In this document: piece by piece, positions 63,312-64,000 of the stretch
Layout of the letters: each line of letters opens with the position of its first letter
Numbering within the stretch: the stretch's first letter is position 1
DNA from: Macrostomum hystrix
Taxonomy: Eukaryota; Animalia; Platyhelminthes
Direction: 5' to 3'
Assembly: GCA_950097015.1 (NCBI GenBank)
Contig: CATNEN010000003.1
Span: forward strand, 10,850,001 to 10,914,000
Length of the DNA stretch: 64,000 nt
Notes under the pieces: model-generated
Databases searched by the model: none
What the model was told of the DNA's origin: nothing
Seen by the model: the letters and a program-made list of their open reading frames with translations, nothing else
Program-made: the position numbers and the translations under genes

Positions 63312-64000
63312 TTCACTCTCTATCCGTCACTCTCTATCCGTCACTCTCCATCCGTCACTCTTTATCCTTCACTCTCTATCCGTCACTCTCCATCCGTCAC
63401 TCTCCATCCGTCACTCTTTATCCTTCACTCTCTATCCGTCACTCTCTATCCGTCACTCTCTATCCTTCACTCTCTATCCGTCACTCTCTATCCGTCACTC
63501 TCCATCCGTCACTCTCTATCCGTCACTCTATATCCGTCACTCTCTATCCGTCACTCTCTATCCGTCACTCACTATTCGTCACTCTCTATCCGTCACTCTC
63601 TATCCGTCTCTCTATATCCATCACTCTATATCTGTCACTCTATATCCGTCACTCTCTATCCGTCACTCTATATCCGTCACTCTCTATCCGTCACTCTATA
63701 TCCGTCACTCTCTATCCGTCACTCTATATCCATCACTCTCTATCCGTCACTCTCTATCCGTCACTCTCTATCCGTCAGTCTATATCCATCACTCTCTATC
63801 CGTCACTCTATTTCCGTCACTCTATATCCGTCACTCTATATCTGTCACTCTATATCCGTCACTCTCTATCCGTCACTCTATATCCGTCACTCTCTATCCG
63901 TCACTCTATATCCGTCACTCTCTATCCGTCACTCTATATCCATCACTCTCTATCCGTCACTCTCTATCCGTCACTCTCTATCCGTCAGTCTATATCCATC
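63312..64000. repeat. 14-bp minisatellite (CACTCTCTATCCGT), runs off the window end
   Basis: About 49 units. Confidence 0.95.

Overview
Eukaryotic (animal) genomic DNA with GT-AG intron-exon genes. There are no prokaryotic features, CRISPR arrays or rRNA. The AT-rich introns packed with minisatellites, together with CAG/poly-Q-rich coding exons, resemble a Macrostomum-like flatworm genome; this is inference and unverified. Gene models reconstructed by hand from splice phases: a 5'-truncated TTC39-family gene (+); three tandem secreted PAN/apple + LamG-like paralogs (+; the third frameshifted) that share a near-identical internal cassette; RSPRY1 (-); a DENND1-like gene (+); a C1orf53/DUF5522-like small gene (+); a Bicaudal-C-like KH protein with no SAM domain (+); a candidate 87-aa C2HC zinc-finger microprotein whose ATG lies inside an RFX X-box (+); and a 5'-truncated Echinoid/nephrin-like Ig-FN3-TM receptor (-). 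Mobile DNA: an internally deleted Helitron with a nested hAT MITE, a hAT MITE inserted directly before the DENN stop codon, three tRNA-derived SINE families and several old TIR elements. About 25 different minisatellites are present, with nearly every long intron carrying its own unit. The best leads are the gene-converted PAN-LamG cassette family, the intron-specific minisatellite landscape (including an array of 11 perfect IR-1 nuclear-receptor elements), and minisatellite-carrying MITEs.
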